From positions 32,001 to 96,000 of the forward strand of contig JAHQWK010000022.1 of the NCBI GenBank assembly GCA_029856145.1: a DNA stretch of 64,000 nucleotides. Reading direction: 5' to 3'. Made by a program: the position numbers and the translations under genes. A model generated the notes under the pieces. It was given only the letters and a program-made list of their open reading frames with translations, did no database searches and was not told the origin of the DNA. Positions 20,009-28,709 of this stretch are shown here, one piece after another; positions within the stretch are counted from its first letter, which is position 1, and each line of letters begins with the position of its first letter. Source of the stretch: Promethearchaeia archaeon (GTDB lineage: Archaea; Asgardarchaeota; Lokiarchaeia; Sigyniarchaeales; SOKP01).

Positions 20009-20551
20009 TTAATATTTATCAACATTAAACTTATGTAATATATACTCGTCTTCAACCATTTCTTTTGAAAATTCTTTTAATCTCTTAATTTCTCTCTCAA
20101 TTTCTTTGATTTTTATTAATTTACCCAAATCCTGAAAAACTTCTGAGGCTTCTTGGAATGCTTCAACACTTTTATCAAAATTCCCGGATACCTCAAGATC
20201 TTCAGCAAAAAATACTAAACCTTCAGCTGTTTCTAATTTTTTACCGAGTTTCTTCTGAATTTTTAATGATTGATAGTGATATTTCATACTTTCAGTGTAT
20301 TGTTTAAAAAGAGAGTAAGTTCTTCCTAATGCTCTTAAAACTAGTGCTTCTTCTTCAGGTAAATTATTTTCTCTGCAATGATTTAGAATAGTTTCTAAAA
20401 ATTGAATATATTCTGGTTTATTTTTTATTTGTGAACGATCAATGCGTTCCATTGCTTTTTCATAGTTTTCTAAAGTTTTAATGATGTCACCATCTTCAAA
20501 AAACTTTTTAGATTTTTCAAAAAGTTCAACATGATCGATAGATGCGACCAT
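20009..20551 (-). CDS. TPR-repeat protein
   Basis: ALVLRALGRTY...ESMKYHYQSLKI and AEGLVFFAE...SVEAFQEASEVF TPR-like helical pairs. Confidence 0.7.
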   Translation of the reverse strand: MVASIDHVELFEKSKKFFEDGDIIKTLENYEKAMERIDRSQIKNKPEYIQFLETILNHCRENNLPEEEALVLRALGRTYSLFKQYTESMKYHYQSLKIQKKLGKKLETAEGLVFFAEDLEVSGNFDKSVEAFQEASEVFQDLGKLIKIKEIEREIKRLKEFSKEMVEDEYILHKFNVDKY

Positions 20552-20831
20552 CGGGGTCTCAACTAATTCTTCTTAGAATGTTTTTTTAGATATTGATATA
20601 ATTAATTCAAAAATAAGTTCAATGTTTATTATATTAATATACCTATTTATACTTATCTATCTTAAATTTGAGAATTTTCAAGATATCGAAAAGGCGAATT
20701 TCTCGTTATTGAAAAGGGATAAAATTTTGAATAATTGAGTCCTTCACTTTAAGTAAAAAAATTCATTAAACGTTTAGATATTTAATTAATAATGTGTTTA
20801 ATGAAAAGAAAAAAAATTAGAGTTAAAAATC

Positions 20832-21506
20832 CTAAAAATTGATTATTCCTGCGATACCTAGAGGCAAAAAGATACATAAAAGCCCAATACCTATAGCATA
20901 GATTATCCCAACTACTTTCAATTTTGACTTTCTCTCTGGTAAATCATGCACATAAAATGCTATTACAAAGAAATGAAAGTATCCTATTAAAAAAATTAGG
21001 ATTGGATTATACCAATGCCACCATGGATACACCCATATTAAATAATTTCCCACATTCAAGAAAATTTCCACAATTAGGCAGAATAGAGTAAAACCGATTG
21101 CCATAGCCCATCGATTAGGAAGTCCAAGTATTTTTTTTTTTTTATCCTCTGGTAAAAACTTTGCAAAAACAATTCCAGCGATAGAAAACATAAAAGCAAT
21201 TTCAATATTCCATCCAATTAATATAATATAAGCACTTGCTCCAGGCGTAGTCCAAAAAGCAGAGTAATTGGAAAAAGCGAAAACGAGTCCATTCCATATT
21301 TCATTAATTAAATCCAAGCCTAATACTGTTAACCCCGCATATACTGTATTCCAATTTCCCGTTTCTCTCGCATTTTTAATTTCTACACTATAAATATATA
21401 ATACTATAGCGAGTAGTGGAATAACATACCATCCTAATTCCGAATTTAATAGACGAAGATTGGCTAGAGCTTCTAATGAAGCTGGTGTTGGTGTCATAAA
21501 TTTCAC
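20832..21506 (-). CDS. Hypothetical integral membrane protein (about 6 TM)
   Basis: Multiple hydrophobic segments; Trp-rich motifs NEIWN, FWTTPG, GWNIEI. Confidence 0.7.
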   Translation of the reverse strand: MKFMTPTPASLEALANLRLLNSELGWYVIPLLAIVLYIYSVEIKNARETGNWNTVYAGLTVLGLDLINEIWNGLVFAFSNYSAFWTTPGASAYIILIGWNIEIAFMFSIAGIVFAKFLPEDKKKKILGLPNRWAMAIGFTLFCLIVEIFLNVGNYLIWVYPWWHWYNPILIFLIGYFHFFVIAFYVHDLPERKSKLKVVGIIYAIGIGLLCIFLPLGIAGIINF

Positions 21507-21667
21507 TTTTAATTAATATTTATATTTTTTATGATTAATTAAAAGAAATTTAAACCCGAATATTTATATATTTTTTCTAGTTGAATTTAAACTAAAATGA
21601 GAAGACTCACATTGTATGATATTATCAATCTTAAGGATTTTATAGCATTTTTAAATGCAAAGAAACA

Positions 21668-22447
21668 TTATTCAGCAATTTTATTAGCAATTATAGCGGC
21701 GGAAGCTCCTGCTCCAAATCCATTATCAATATTCACAACTAATAATCCGGGTGAACAGGATTGTAGCATAGTGATTAGTGCTCCTTTCCCTTTTTCACCT
21801 ATACCATACCCACTCGAAATTGGAACGCCTATTACTAGAACATCAACAAGCGCCGCAACCACACCCGGGAGTGTTCCTTCCATACCCGCGCAAACAATGA
21901 TCACATGTACCCCATTTTTTATCATATTACTTAATGGTGTAAAAATTCGATGGATACCCGCAATCCCTACATCATAACTCGAGATAACTTTGCAACCCAT
22001 AATTTTTACAATTACCTCTGCCTCAACTGCAGTTGGTATATCAGAACTCCCTGCTGTAATAATTCCAACAATTCCTCCTTTGTTCACAAAACTATAAGAA
22101 AATTCTTTAATAACAATGATTTTTCCTAATTCATTTATGTCAATTATGTAATCTTTATTATTGCCAAAGGTTTCCAGGATTAGGGTTTTTTGTTTCTCAC
22201 TATAACGAGAAATTATTGCAAATTTTTTAGTTTTCAGAAATTGGGAAACTATATTTGTTATCATTTGAGGAGTTTTATTTTGAGCATAAATTACTTCGGG
22301 CGTACCAGTTCTAGTCTTACGAAAAACGTCTAATTTTGCTAAATCGCCTACCTCTTCAATCAAATTTGCCTTTAACAATTTCTCAGCATCTTCTAAGGAA
22401 ATTTCCTTTTCAAGTAATTTTAAAAGAATATTTTTAATTTCACTCAT
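21668..22447 (-). CDS. larB: Nickel-pincer cofactor biosynthesis protein LarB
   Basis: D..RK.RTG.PEVIYA, TAGSSDIP.A.EA, DVGIAGIHR, AGMEGTLPGVV, VP.SSGYG, SCSPG..VVNIDNGFGAG. Confidence 0.93.
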   Translation of the reverse strand: MSEIKNILLKLLEKEISLEDAEKLLKANLIEEVGDLAKLDVFRKTRTGTPEVIYAQNKTPQMITNIVSQFLKTKKFAIISRYSEKQKTLILETFGNNKDYIIDINELGKIIVIKEFSYSFVNKGGIVGIITAGSSDIPTAVEAEVIVKIMGCKVISSYDVGIAGIHRIFTPLSNMIKNGVHVIIVCAGMEGTLPGVVAALVDVLVIGVPISSGYGIGEKGKGALITMLQSCSPGLLVVNIDNGFGAGASAAIIANKIAE

Positions 22448-22592
22448 TTAGCATATCCTTTGCTAAATTATGATTCTATTAAAATCATTAAATAAACATA
22501 AATTTTGTAGTTTACTAATTTTAGAAAAAAGATAATAATTACTCAAAATAATTATAAATTACTATTCAATCAATTTTAAATCCTAAGTTAAA

Positions 22593-23828
22593 GTGAAGAA
22601 ACATATGAAAATTGACTATACATCTTTCAAGGATGTAAAATTAACTGGTAAAAAAATCTTAATGCGTGTTGATATCAACTCCAGCATAGATTTAGAGAAA
22701 ATGGAGATCAGAGATTCTCCTCGAATTCGTGCTCTTGTCCCAGCCTTAAATGAATATTTTAAGAAGAGTGCTGTCATTATATTAGCCCATCAATCGCGTC
22801 CAGGAAAAGATGATTTCACAGATTTAGATATACACGCCAGAGAAATAGAAAAACATCTTGGCCGACCAGTAAAATTTGTTAAAGATATATTTGGAGAACA
22901 AGCCATTCAAGCAATTAAAGATCTCAAACCTGGAGATGTGTTGGTCCTCAATAATGTTCGAAAATTTGAAGGAGAAATGAAAAATTATAAAGATTTCTCT
23001 GAGGCAGAAAACACTGAAATGGTCAAAACTTTATTTCCTTTAGTTGATTATGTAATTGTTGATGCTTTTGGAGCGGCTCATCGCGCTCACGCATCAATCG
23101 TAGGATGGCCTAAAATGATGGCGGGACCTATAACCGATAAAGAATTAGATGCTTTGAAAAAAATAATGCAAGAACCTGAAAAACCTATGGCTATGCTAAT
23201 TGGAGGGGCTAAAGCAATAGATAAATTTAAAGCAATGAAATATAATTTTGATAATGAAAAATTAGATTATGCTCTTTGTTCAGGACTAACCGCAATCTTA
23301 ATATTTGAGGCTTTAGGTAAAAATATGGGAGAACCAAACCATAAAATAATAGCTGAAGATTTAGAAGCAAATAAAGATATGATAATAGAGACATATGAGA
23401 AATATAGTGATAAAATTATTCTCCCCCAAGATTTAATCATAGATGATAATGGTAATAGAAAAACCATTGAAATCGATGAAGCTGGTACTTATAACACAAC
23501 AACAGGAGATATTGGCCAGAAAACTGTGGATAAATTTAATGAAATTCTGATGAAATGCAAAACTATTATTGCAAATGGTCCACCGGGTATATTTGAAAAG
23601 GACGTTTTTAGAAAAGCCACAAATGAAATCGTAGACACTATGGTAGCCGCTACAAAGAAAAACAAGGCACTTACGATAATTGGTGGCGGTGAAATGGGTG
23701 CTGCTGCTTCAATGGCAGGAAAAGCAGATGATGTTTCCTTCATATCAACCGCAGGCGGAGCAATGTTAGAAATTCTTTCTGGAAAAGATTTACCAATGAT
23801 TAGAGCTTTGCGTGAAAAAAAAGCATAA
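22593..23828 (+). CDS. pgk: Phosphoglycerate kinase
   Basis: RVDINS, AHQSRP, NNVRK, DAFGAAHRAHAS, GGAK, NGPPGIFE, ISTAGGA. Confidence 0.95.
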   Translation: MKKHMKIDYTSFKDVKLTGKKILMRVDINSSIDLEKMEIRDSPRIRALVPALNEYFKKSAVIILAHQSRPGKDDFTDLDIHAREIEKHLGRPVKFVKDIFGEQAIQAIKDLKPGDVLVLNNVRKFEGEMKNYKDFSEAENTEMVKTLFPLVDYVIVDAFGAAHRAHASIVGWPKMMAGPITDKELDALKKIMQEPEKPMAMLIGGAKAIDKFKAMKYNFDNEKLDYALCSGLTAILIFEALGKNMGEPNHKIIAEDLEANKDMIIETYEKYSDKIILPQDLIIDDNGNRKTIEIDEAGTYNTTTGDIGQKTVDKFNEILMKCKTIIANGPPGIFEKDVFRKATNEIVDTMVAATKKNKALTIIGGGEMGAAASMAGKADDVSFISTAGGAMLEILSGKDLPMIRALREKKA

Positions 23829-23963
23829 AAAGTTATTATTTTTATTTTTTTATTTCATTTTCGAAAATAAGCGATTGCATTAGAAATTAGCAATTTTTAA
23901 TAAAATATTTATTTTTTATTAACATAAATTACATATTACTGGTTTCAGTAGATATTTAAAAAA

Positions 23964-24065
23964 GGGCCAGTGATCTAGTGGTATATACCACAATTGAGTA
24001 TTGTGGTAGTCTAAGATGCCCGCTTGACGTGCGGGAAATCGGGAGTTCAATTCTCCCCTGGCCCA
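23964..24065 (+). tRNA. tRNA-Val(GAC) with 30-nt non-canonical D-arm intron (about 23985-24014)
   Basis: Acceptor GGGCCAG/CTGGCCC+A; anticodon arm CCCGC-TTGACGT-GCGGG; T arm GGGAG-TTCAATT-CTCCC. Removing 23985-24014 restores ATCTAGTGGTATGAT. CCA not encoded. Confidence 0.92.
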
Positions 24066-24088
24066 TAGAAAAATAGAAGGAAAAAATT

Positions 24089-24568
24089 ATGCCAATAAGA
24101 ATTAGATGGACGTCAAAGGAATATTTTGGTTCCCTACTACTTTTATTAGGAATGAGTGGAATATCCCAATTATATTTTATTTATATAGGTCAATATTTCC
24201 TAGCTTTGGGAAATCATATTATAGCAATCTTAATCCCAATTGGAATTTGGGTGGCATTATTCTATGCTACTCTTATTATTTTTGAAAGTTATGCCCAAGT
24301 TGAGAGAAGAGAGAAATTAAGAAGTAGATTTCGTAAAGCAATAAGTAAGAGTTCAAAATTAAAGAAATTTTTAGATTTTCCAATTACAAAACCTTTACTG
24401 ATAGTTTTTATCCTTTTTAATATCTTCTTCTTCAGTACATTCTTTATCTCTGTATTATTCCTAAATAATTCTATGGCATTTCTAACAGCAGAAATTCTAA
24501 GTGCGATATTTTGCCTACTTGTTGCGAATTTAATAGAGAGAAATTATGGTCGAGTTAGGAGAATTTAA
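24089..24568 (+). CDS. Hypothetical 4-TM membrane protein
   Basis: Four hydrophobic segments with a basic central loop. Confidence 0.7.
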   Translation: MPIRIRWTSKEYFGSLLLLLGMSGISQLYFIYIGQYFLALGNHIIAILIPIGIWVALFYATLIIFESYAQVERREKLRSRFRKAISKSSKLKKFLDFPITKPLLIVFILFNIFFFSTFFISVLFLNNSMAFLTAEILSAIFCLLVANLIERNYGRVRRI

Positions 24569-24712
24569 GATTATACTCTAACTTAAACTTGGCTTAATTA
24601 TAAAACAAATTTATTAAGTGATAATACAACATTTATTATAGAAATATAAGATTGTGATAAAACAAATATAACTATTGGTCAAATATATATTCAATAATAT
24701 TTATATTCTAAT

Positions 24713-25567
24713 TTGAATATGGCGAGAATTGAAATTCGGTGTCCTATCTGCTCGAAATGGGATCATATAGAGATTTCAGATGATGCTACAAAAAATGTTT
24801 CAAAAGGACTCCTAGCAATCAATATAGCTGCTGGCATGATATGTGAGCATTCATTTATCGCATATGTAGACAAAAACTTAATTGTAAGAGATTGCTTAGT
24901 AGCAGATTTTAAGATTGAGCTTCCTGAAGGTGAAACTAGTGAGAGAACTGAAGATTTAATCATTCCCGAAACAGATATTATTAAGTTTGATTTAATTAAG
25001 CTAAATATCCCTGACACGTTAATGACATATGTATTTAGAGCAATTTTTCTTGGAAAGAAATCATTAATTCTTTCGGATCAAGAGTTCCTTTATAATTATA
25101 TAATTAATTTCTTTCAGTATATTACACAGAATTCGTTTGAATTTGATTTAAAAATAATTTCTGAAATGGATTATAAAAAAAATAAAAATGAATTTGAAGA
25201 TTATCTCATCTTTAAAAATCGGGAAGTTATTAGAGATAAAAATAAAGTAATTAATCCAAAAGGCTTAGAGATCGAGCGTTCTATCGTTCAAAAGTTCGTC
25301 GCGGAGTATGATTTAATGGCGGGGCTAATTATACTAAGAAACGAGATAAATAAAGCATATGAGTTTTCTAATTCTATTCTTAAATTTATTGAAAATTATA
25401 AAGGAAAACCTTTAACATCAAAAATAATAATTAATCATCTCTCAGAAAAGCATAACGAAAAAATAGTAATGCCTTATTTAACTTTTTTAATTGATATTGT
25501 TAGTCATTATTTTAAAGCTGATATCCCTAAGATCGGAGGAGTTTCTGATCTCTTAGGATTATTATGA
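24713..25567 (+). CDS. Hypothetical protein with N-terminal zinc-binding motif (CPIC...CEH)
   Basis: IRCPICSK...ICEHSFIAYVDKNL.VRD; remainder globular alpha/beta. Confidence 0.7.
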   Translation: MNMARIEIRCPICSKWDHIEISDDATKNVSKGLLAINIAAGMICEHSFIAYVDKNLIVRDCLVADFKIELPEGETSERTEDLIIPETDIIKFDLIKLNIPDTLMTYVFRAIFLGKKSLILSDQEFLYNYIINFFQYITQNSFEFDLKIISEMDYKKNKNEFEDYLIFKNREVIRDKNKVINPKGLEIERSIVQKFVAEYDLMAGLIILRNEINKAYEFSNSILKFIENYKGKPLTSKIIINHLSEKHNEKIVMPYLTFLIDIVSHYFKADIPKIGGVSDLLGLL

Positions 25568-25686
25568 TAAAGCCGCAAAAAAAATAGAATCCTTGATCCA
25601 TCCCCTAGAGTTTTTATATTGATTTTTCGTTTTTAATTAGATTTGGACAGTAATGTTAATAAGTTACAATTGAATTATAACTATTT

Positions 25687-26241
25687 ATGAATGAAAAAAC
25701 AAATAGAAACTACTTACTATTAGAACTTATTTATATTCCTGTGTTTTTTCTTATGGTGTTTTTCATTTTAGCCACTTCATTTATTCTTTTATTATCTTTA
25801 TCAGACTTTTCTATATTAATCCTCTTTTTCCCTATGTCAAGTGTGGTATCTTTAACCATTTATTACTTCAAGTCAAAAAACCCTGTTGAAAGCCTCAATC
25901 GCCTAATTTTAATCGATGCTATTATCTTTGTTCTTTATCTGACGTTGTTCATGGTATTAATATTGGTAATGATTGATCCACTAAGGTACTTTTTGTTTAA
26001 CTTTGTAGTGCTGTCAACATTATATCGTTTTTATCATTTTCTTTTAATCCCTTTAATTAGTGTTATTTCAGTAACATATTATTACCTAAAAATAAATAAT
26101 CCTGTCAGAGGTAAAATTTTATATATAATATTAATAACCAAAACCTCAATAATCATAATATTTTTCGTAGGGTATTTTCTATTGAATTGGTCAGTTCCAT
26201 TTTTTCAAGATGTTTATAACGGTCTTCCAGATTTTGATTGA
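25687..26241 (+). CDS. Hypothetical membrane protein (about 5 TM)
   Basis: Hydrophobic; internal similarity S.VSLTIYYFKSKNPV / SVISVTYYYLKINNPV. Confidence 0.6.
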   Translation: MNEKTNRNYLLLELIYIPVFFLMVFFILATSFILLLSLSDFSILILFFPMSSVVSLTIYYFKSKNPVESLNRLILIDAIIFVLYLTLFMVLILVMIDPLRYFLFNFVVLSTLYRFYHFLLIPLISVISVTYYYLKINNPVRGKILYIILITKTSIIIIFFVGYFLLNWSVPFFQDVYNGLPDFD

Positions 26242-26366
26242 AAAATTTATTTTCTAAAACTTATAGACTAAAATTTTTGAGAGCTTCTTCTTATACTACC
26301 CTCTCTTCATTTAGAGAGTTATTATTTAATTCTGTTACTTGATAACTAAAAAAAAGTTAATATTTT

Positions 26367-26400
26367 CGTGAAACAGACCTTTCACGTTGTTTTATATATA
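26367..26400 (+). promoter_or_regulatory. Palindromic operator-like site abutting a TATA-like box upstream of the enoyl-CoA hydratase gene
   Basis: CGTGAAA-N6-TTTCACG perfect inverted repeat (26367-26386), followed within 4 nt by TTTTATATATA. Confidence 0.45.
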
Positions 26401-26515
26401 CCAAGAGAATCCCTCAATATTACCCAAGAAATATCACTTTAGAAATTTTATAACTCAATTTGAAATTTTCTCAGTATAAAAAAACTTTAATAATAATATT
26501 ATTGAAACTTAATTT

Positions 26516-27349
26516 ATGGAATTTAAACAACTTATATTTGAAGAGAAAGAAAAAGTAGCGTGGATTACTCTTAATCGGCCTGAAGTATTAAATGCGTTAA
26601 GTATGCAGCTTTCAGACGAGATAGTATATGCTATTGAAAAAATCCGCAAATCAACAAAATTAAAATTTCTTGTAATAAAAGGTGCAGGTGATAATTTCTG
26701 TGTGGGAGATGATATCACCGAAATGTTACAATGGGGTAACGCTAATGATATAACTCGCCGCGTTCGCTATTATCAAAATATGGCAAATCAATTAGAAGAA
26801 TTAGATAAAATTACGATCTCTGCTGTTGATGGTTATGCTGTTGGAGGTGGACTGGAAATTACGATGGCATGTGATTTTGTTATTGCTACTGAGAGAGCTA
26901 AATGGGGTATGCCTGAAGTTGATGTTGGCATCACTCCTGGTTGGGGAGGGACTACACGCCTAGCACGACTGATAGGTAGACGCAGAGCTAAGGAAATAAA
27001 TTTAATAGGTGCATTACATTCAGCAAAAAGAGCTGTTGAATGGAATTTATGGAATCGTGTTGTTTCTAATGATCAGCTTGATTCAGAAGTTGAAAAATTA
27101 CTAGAAGTCTTAAGTTCGAAGAATCAGCAAGGTATGCGTCAATTAAAATTTATAATTAATCGTGGAGTTGAGTGTGATTTATATACTGCACAAGGATTTG
27201 AAGTATTGTCTGGTGCATTAACTGGGGCTGTTAGTGGAATGTGGCAAGTTAAAGATGCAGACAAGGGAGCAGGTGTGATGGGATTTTCTAAAAAGAATGA
27301 ACTTTGGAATAAACGACGAAGTTTAGCGAAAGATTTTTGGGCAGATTAG
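26516..27349 (+). CDS. Enoyl-CoA hydratase/isomerase (crotonase family)
   Basis: ITLNRPEVLNAL, FCVGDDI, AVDGYAVGGGLE, CDFVIA, MPEVDVGITPGWGG. Confidence 0.92.
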   Translation: MEFKQLIFEEKEKVAWITLNRPEVLNALSMQLSDEIVYAIEKIRKSTKLKFLVIKGAGDNFCVGDDITEMLQWGNANDITRRVRYYQNMANQLEELDKITISAVDGYAVGGGLEITMACDFVIATERAKWGMPEVDVGITPGWGGTTRLARLIGRRRAKEINLIGALHSAKRAVEWNLWNRVVSNDQLDSEVEKLLEVLSSKNQQGMRQLKFIINRGVECDLYTAQGFEVLSGALTGAVSGMWQVKDADKGAGVMGFSKKNELWNKRRSLAKDFWAD

Positions 27350-27451
27350 TTCAAAATTGCTACATTGATTTCTAGTGATATGGGTTGCAAAGTATATAAA
27401 AGAATTGGATTCAACGCATATTGCGATTTCGATATGTACGAATGGTCGTCA
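27350..27451 (+). pseudogene. C-terminal remnant of a GNAT acetyltransferase
   Basis: Translates FKIATLISSDMGCKVYKRIGFNAYCDFDMYEWSS, matching GNAT motif B (L.AS..G..VY.R.GF); no start codon or N-terminal part present. Confidence 0.6.
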
Positions 27452-27473
27452 AATAAAAAAAAATTTAATGTAT

Positions 27474-28490
27474 TTATAGGTGAAACTCAGTTCCAACTAT
27501 GCCAAATGTATGAGATGGATGCCTTGACATAATTTTATTAAACTCAAATCCAGTGCAATGCATTCCACATGTTATTTCTGGATTCAATCCTTCTATAATT
27601 CGAACTGATTCTTCTATGTCTTCAGTTTTTTCCCATTCCTTATGAAATCCACCGATTATAGCATAAATTTTGTTAATCCCCGTTAATTTTTGCCCATGTT
27701 TTATGGTATTTACAATTCCTGTATGTCCACATCCCGTAATTACCACAAGTCCTTTATCTTTTACATTAATATAGATTGAGATTTCGTCTCTAAATGTATT
27801 TTTTTCAAATTCTTTTCTACTTTTCATTAAGTAGAACCCTTTCGTAAGTTCTCTTTCATCAAATATTTCGATTTCTCCACTTGTAGTAATTCCTGATGTT
27901 AGTTTTATTGGTTTATTTGTCTCTATAATTTTAAGATTATTTTGATTAACTAAGTTTTCGATTATAGTTTTGTTCATTGAAGGCAATTTGATACTATAAA
28001 TAAATTTGTTTTCTTTCTGTAAATCACGGAACTTTTCTGTTAAAACTTCAGGTGAATAAAATGCATGACCTGATTTTGGAACCAAAATCATGTTTTGGTT
28101 AAAGGAATTTGGTGTCAATATTAATTCACAGCTTTCTTTTAATTTAGGAAGGACATTCATTAAACCACCATAATGATCGACATGCCCGTGACTTAATATT
28201 AATTTGTCATAATCCTTGAAATCTATGCTCATAGCTTCTGCGTTCATAATTATTGAATTCTTTGGCCCTCCTGCATCTAAAAGATATTTTTTTATTTCTT
28301 CTCCTTGTTTTATTTCTATACTTATAGCAAGACCATGCTCGGCTATATATTTACTTCCGTTTGTATGGGGTTGTATAATTTTTCCTTCAAATTTTTCATC
28401 GGTCAATAAAGTTGAAATAGATGTATTTGTTGTCAAAATTTTAATCGTTAAATTACCACTTTCAATACCATCTGATATATCTATATTCAT
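27474..28490 (-). CDS. Metallo-beta-lactamase-fold hydrolase
   Basis: AEHGLA, LLDAG, SHGHVDHYGG, ITGCGHTGIVN, IGGFH, MHCTG. Confidence 0.9.
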   Translation of the reverse strand: MNIDISDGIESGNLTIKILTTNTSISTLLTDEKFEGKIIQPHTNGSKYIAEHGLAISIEIKQGEEIKKYLLDAGGPKNSIIMNAEAMSIDFKDYDKLILSHGHVDHYGGLMNVLPKLKESCELILTPNSFNQNMILVPKSGHAFYSPEVLTEKFRDLQKENKFIYSIKLPSMNKTIIENLVNQNNLKIIETNKPIKLTSGITTSGEIEIFDERELTKGFYLMKSRKEFEKNTFRDEISIYINVKDKGLVVITGCGHTGIVNTIKHGQKLTGINKIYAIIGGFHKEWEKTEDIEESVRIIEGLNPEITCGMHCTGFEFNKIMSRHPSHTFGIVGTEFHL

Positions 28491-28526
28491 ATTGGACGCC
28501 TTATTTTTAAATTAATAGTTTAAAAA

Positions 28527-28628
28527 TGCGCCCTCCGGGATCCTCCCGAGAAATCGAATTGATTCCAAGTATTGAACCCGGGTCGCCAGGTTGGCAACCT
28601 GGCATACTTACCACTATACTAAGAGCGC
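28527..28628 (-). tRNA. tRNA-Gly(GCC) with 30-nt non-canonical T-loop intron (about 28541-28570)
   Basis: Minus strand GCGCTCT..AGGGCGC+A acceptor; CCAGG-TTGCCAA-CCTGG anticodon arm; T arm CCGGG-TTCAAT[30 nt]T-CCCGG. CCA not encoded. Confidence 0.92.
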
Positions 28629-28709
28629 AATTTTAATAATAATAAGAATATTTTTAAAAATTAAAATTTAATGATTCCTAAGAAAAATAATTAGTATAGG
28701 AAAAGGAAT

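Noticed and set aside
20009-20551. alpha-SNAP-like eukaryotic signature call for the TPR protein
   Set aside because: Generic short TPR pattern with no SNAP-specific features recognisable by eye.
27347-27532. Pyrrolysine or amber readthrough joining crotonase to the GNAT fragment
   Set aside because: The crotonase appears complete, the appended part is only a GNAT C-terminus running antisense into the next gene, and no pyl genes are in the window.
24066-28526. Integrated mobile element between the two convergent tRNA genes
   Set aside because: No integrase or transposase and no duplicated tRNA 3' end was found; the content is only mildly accessory.
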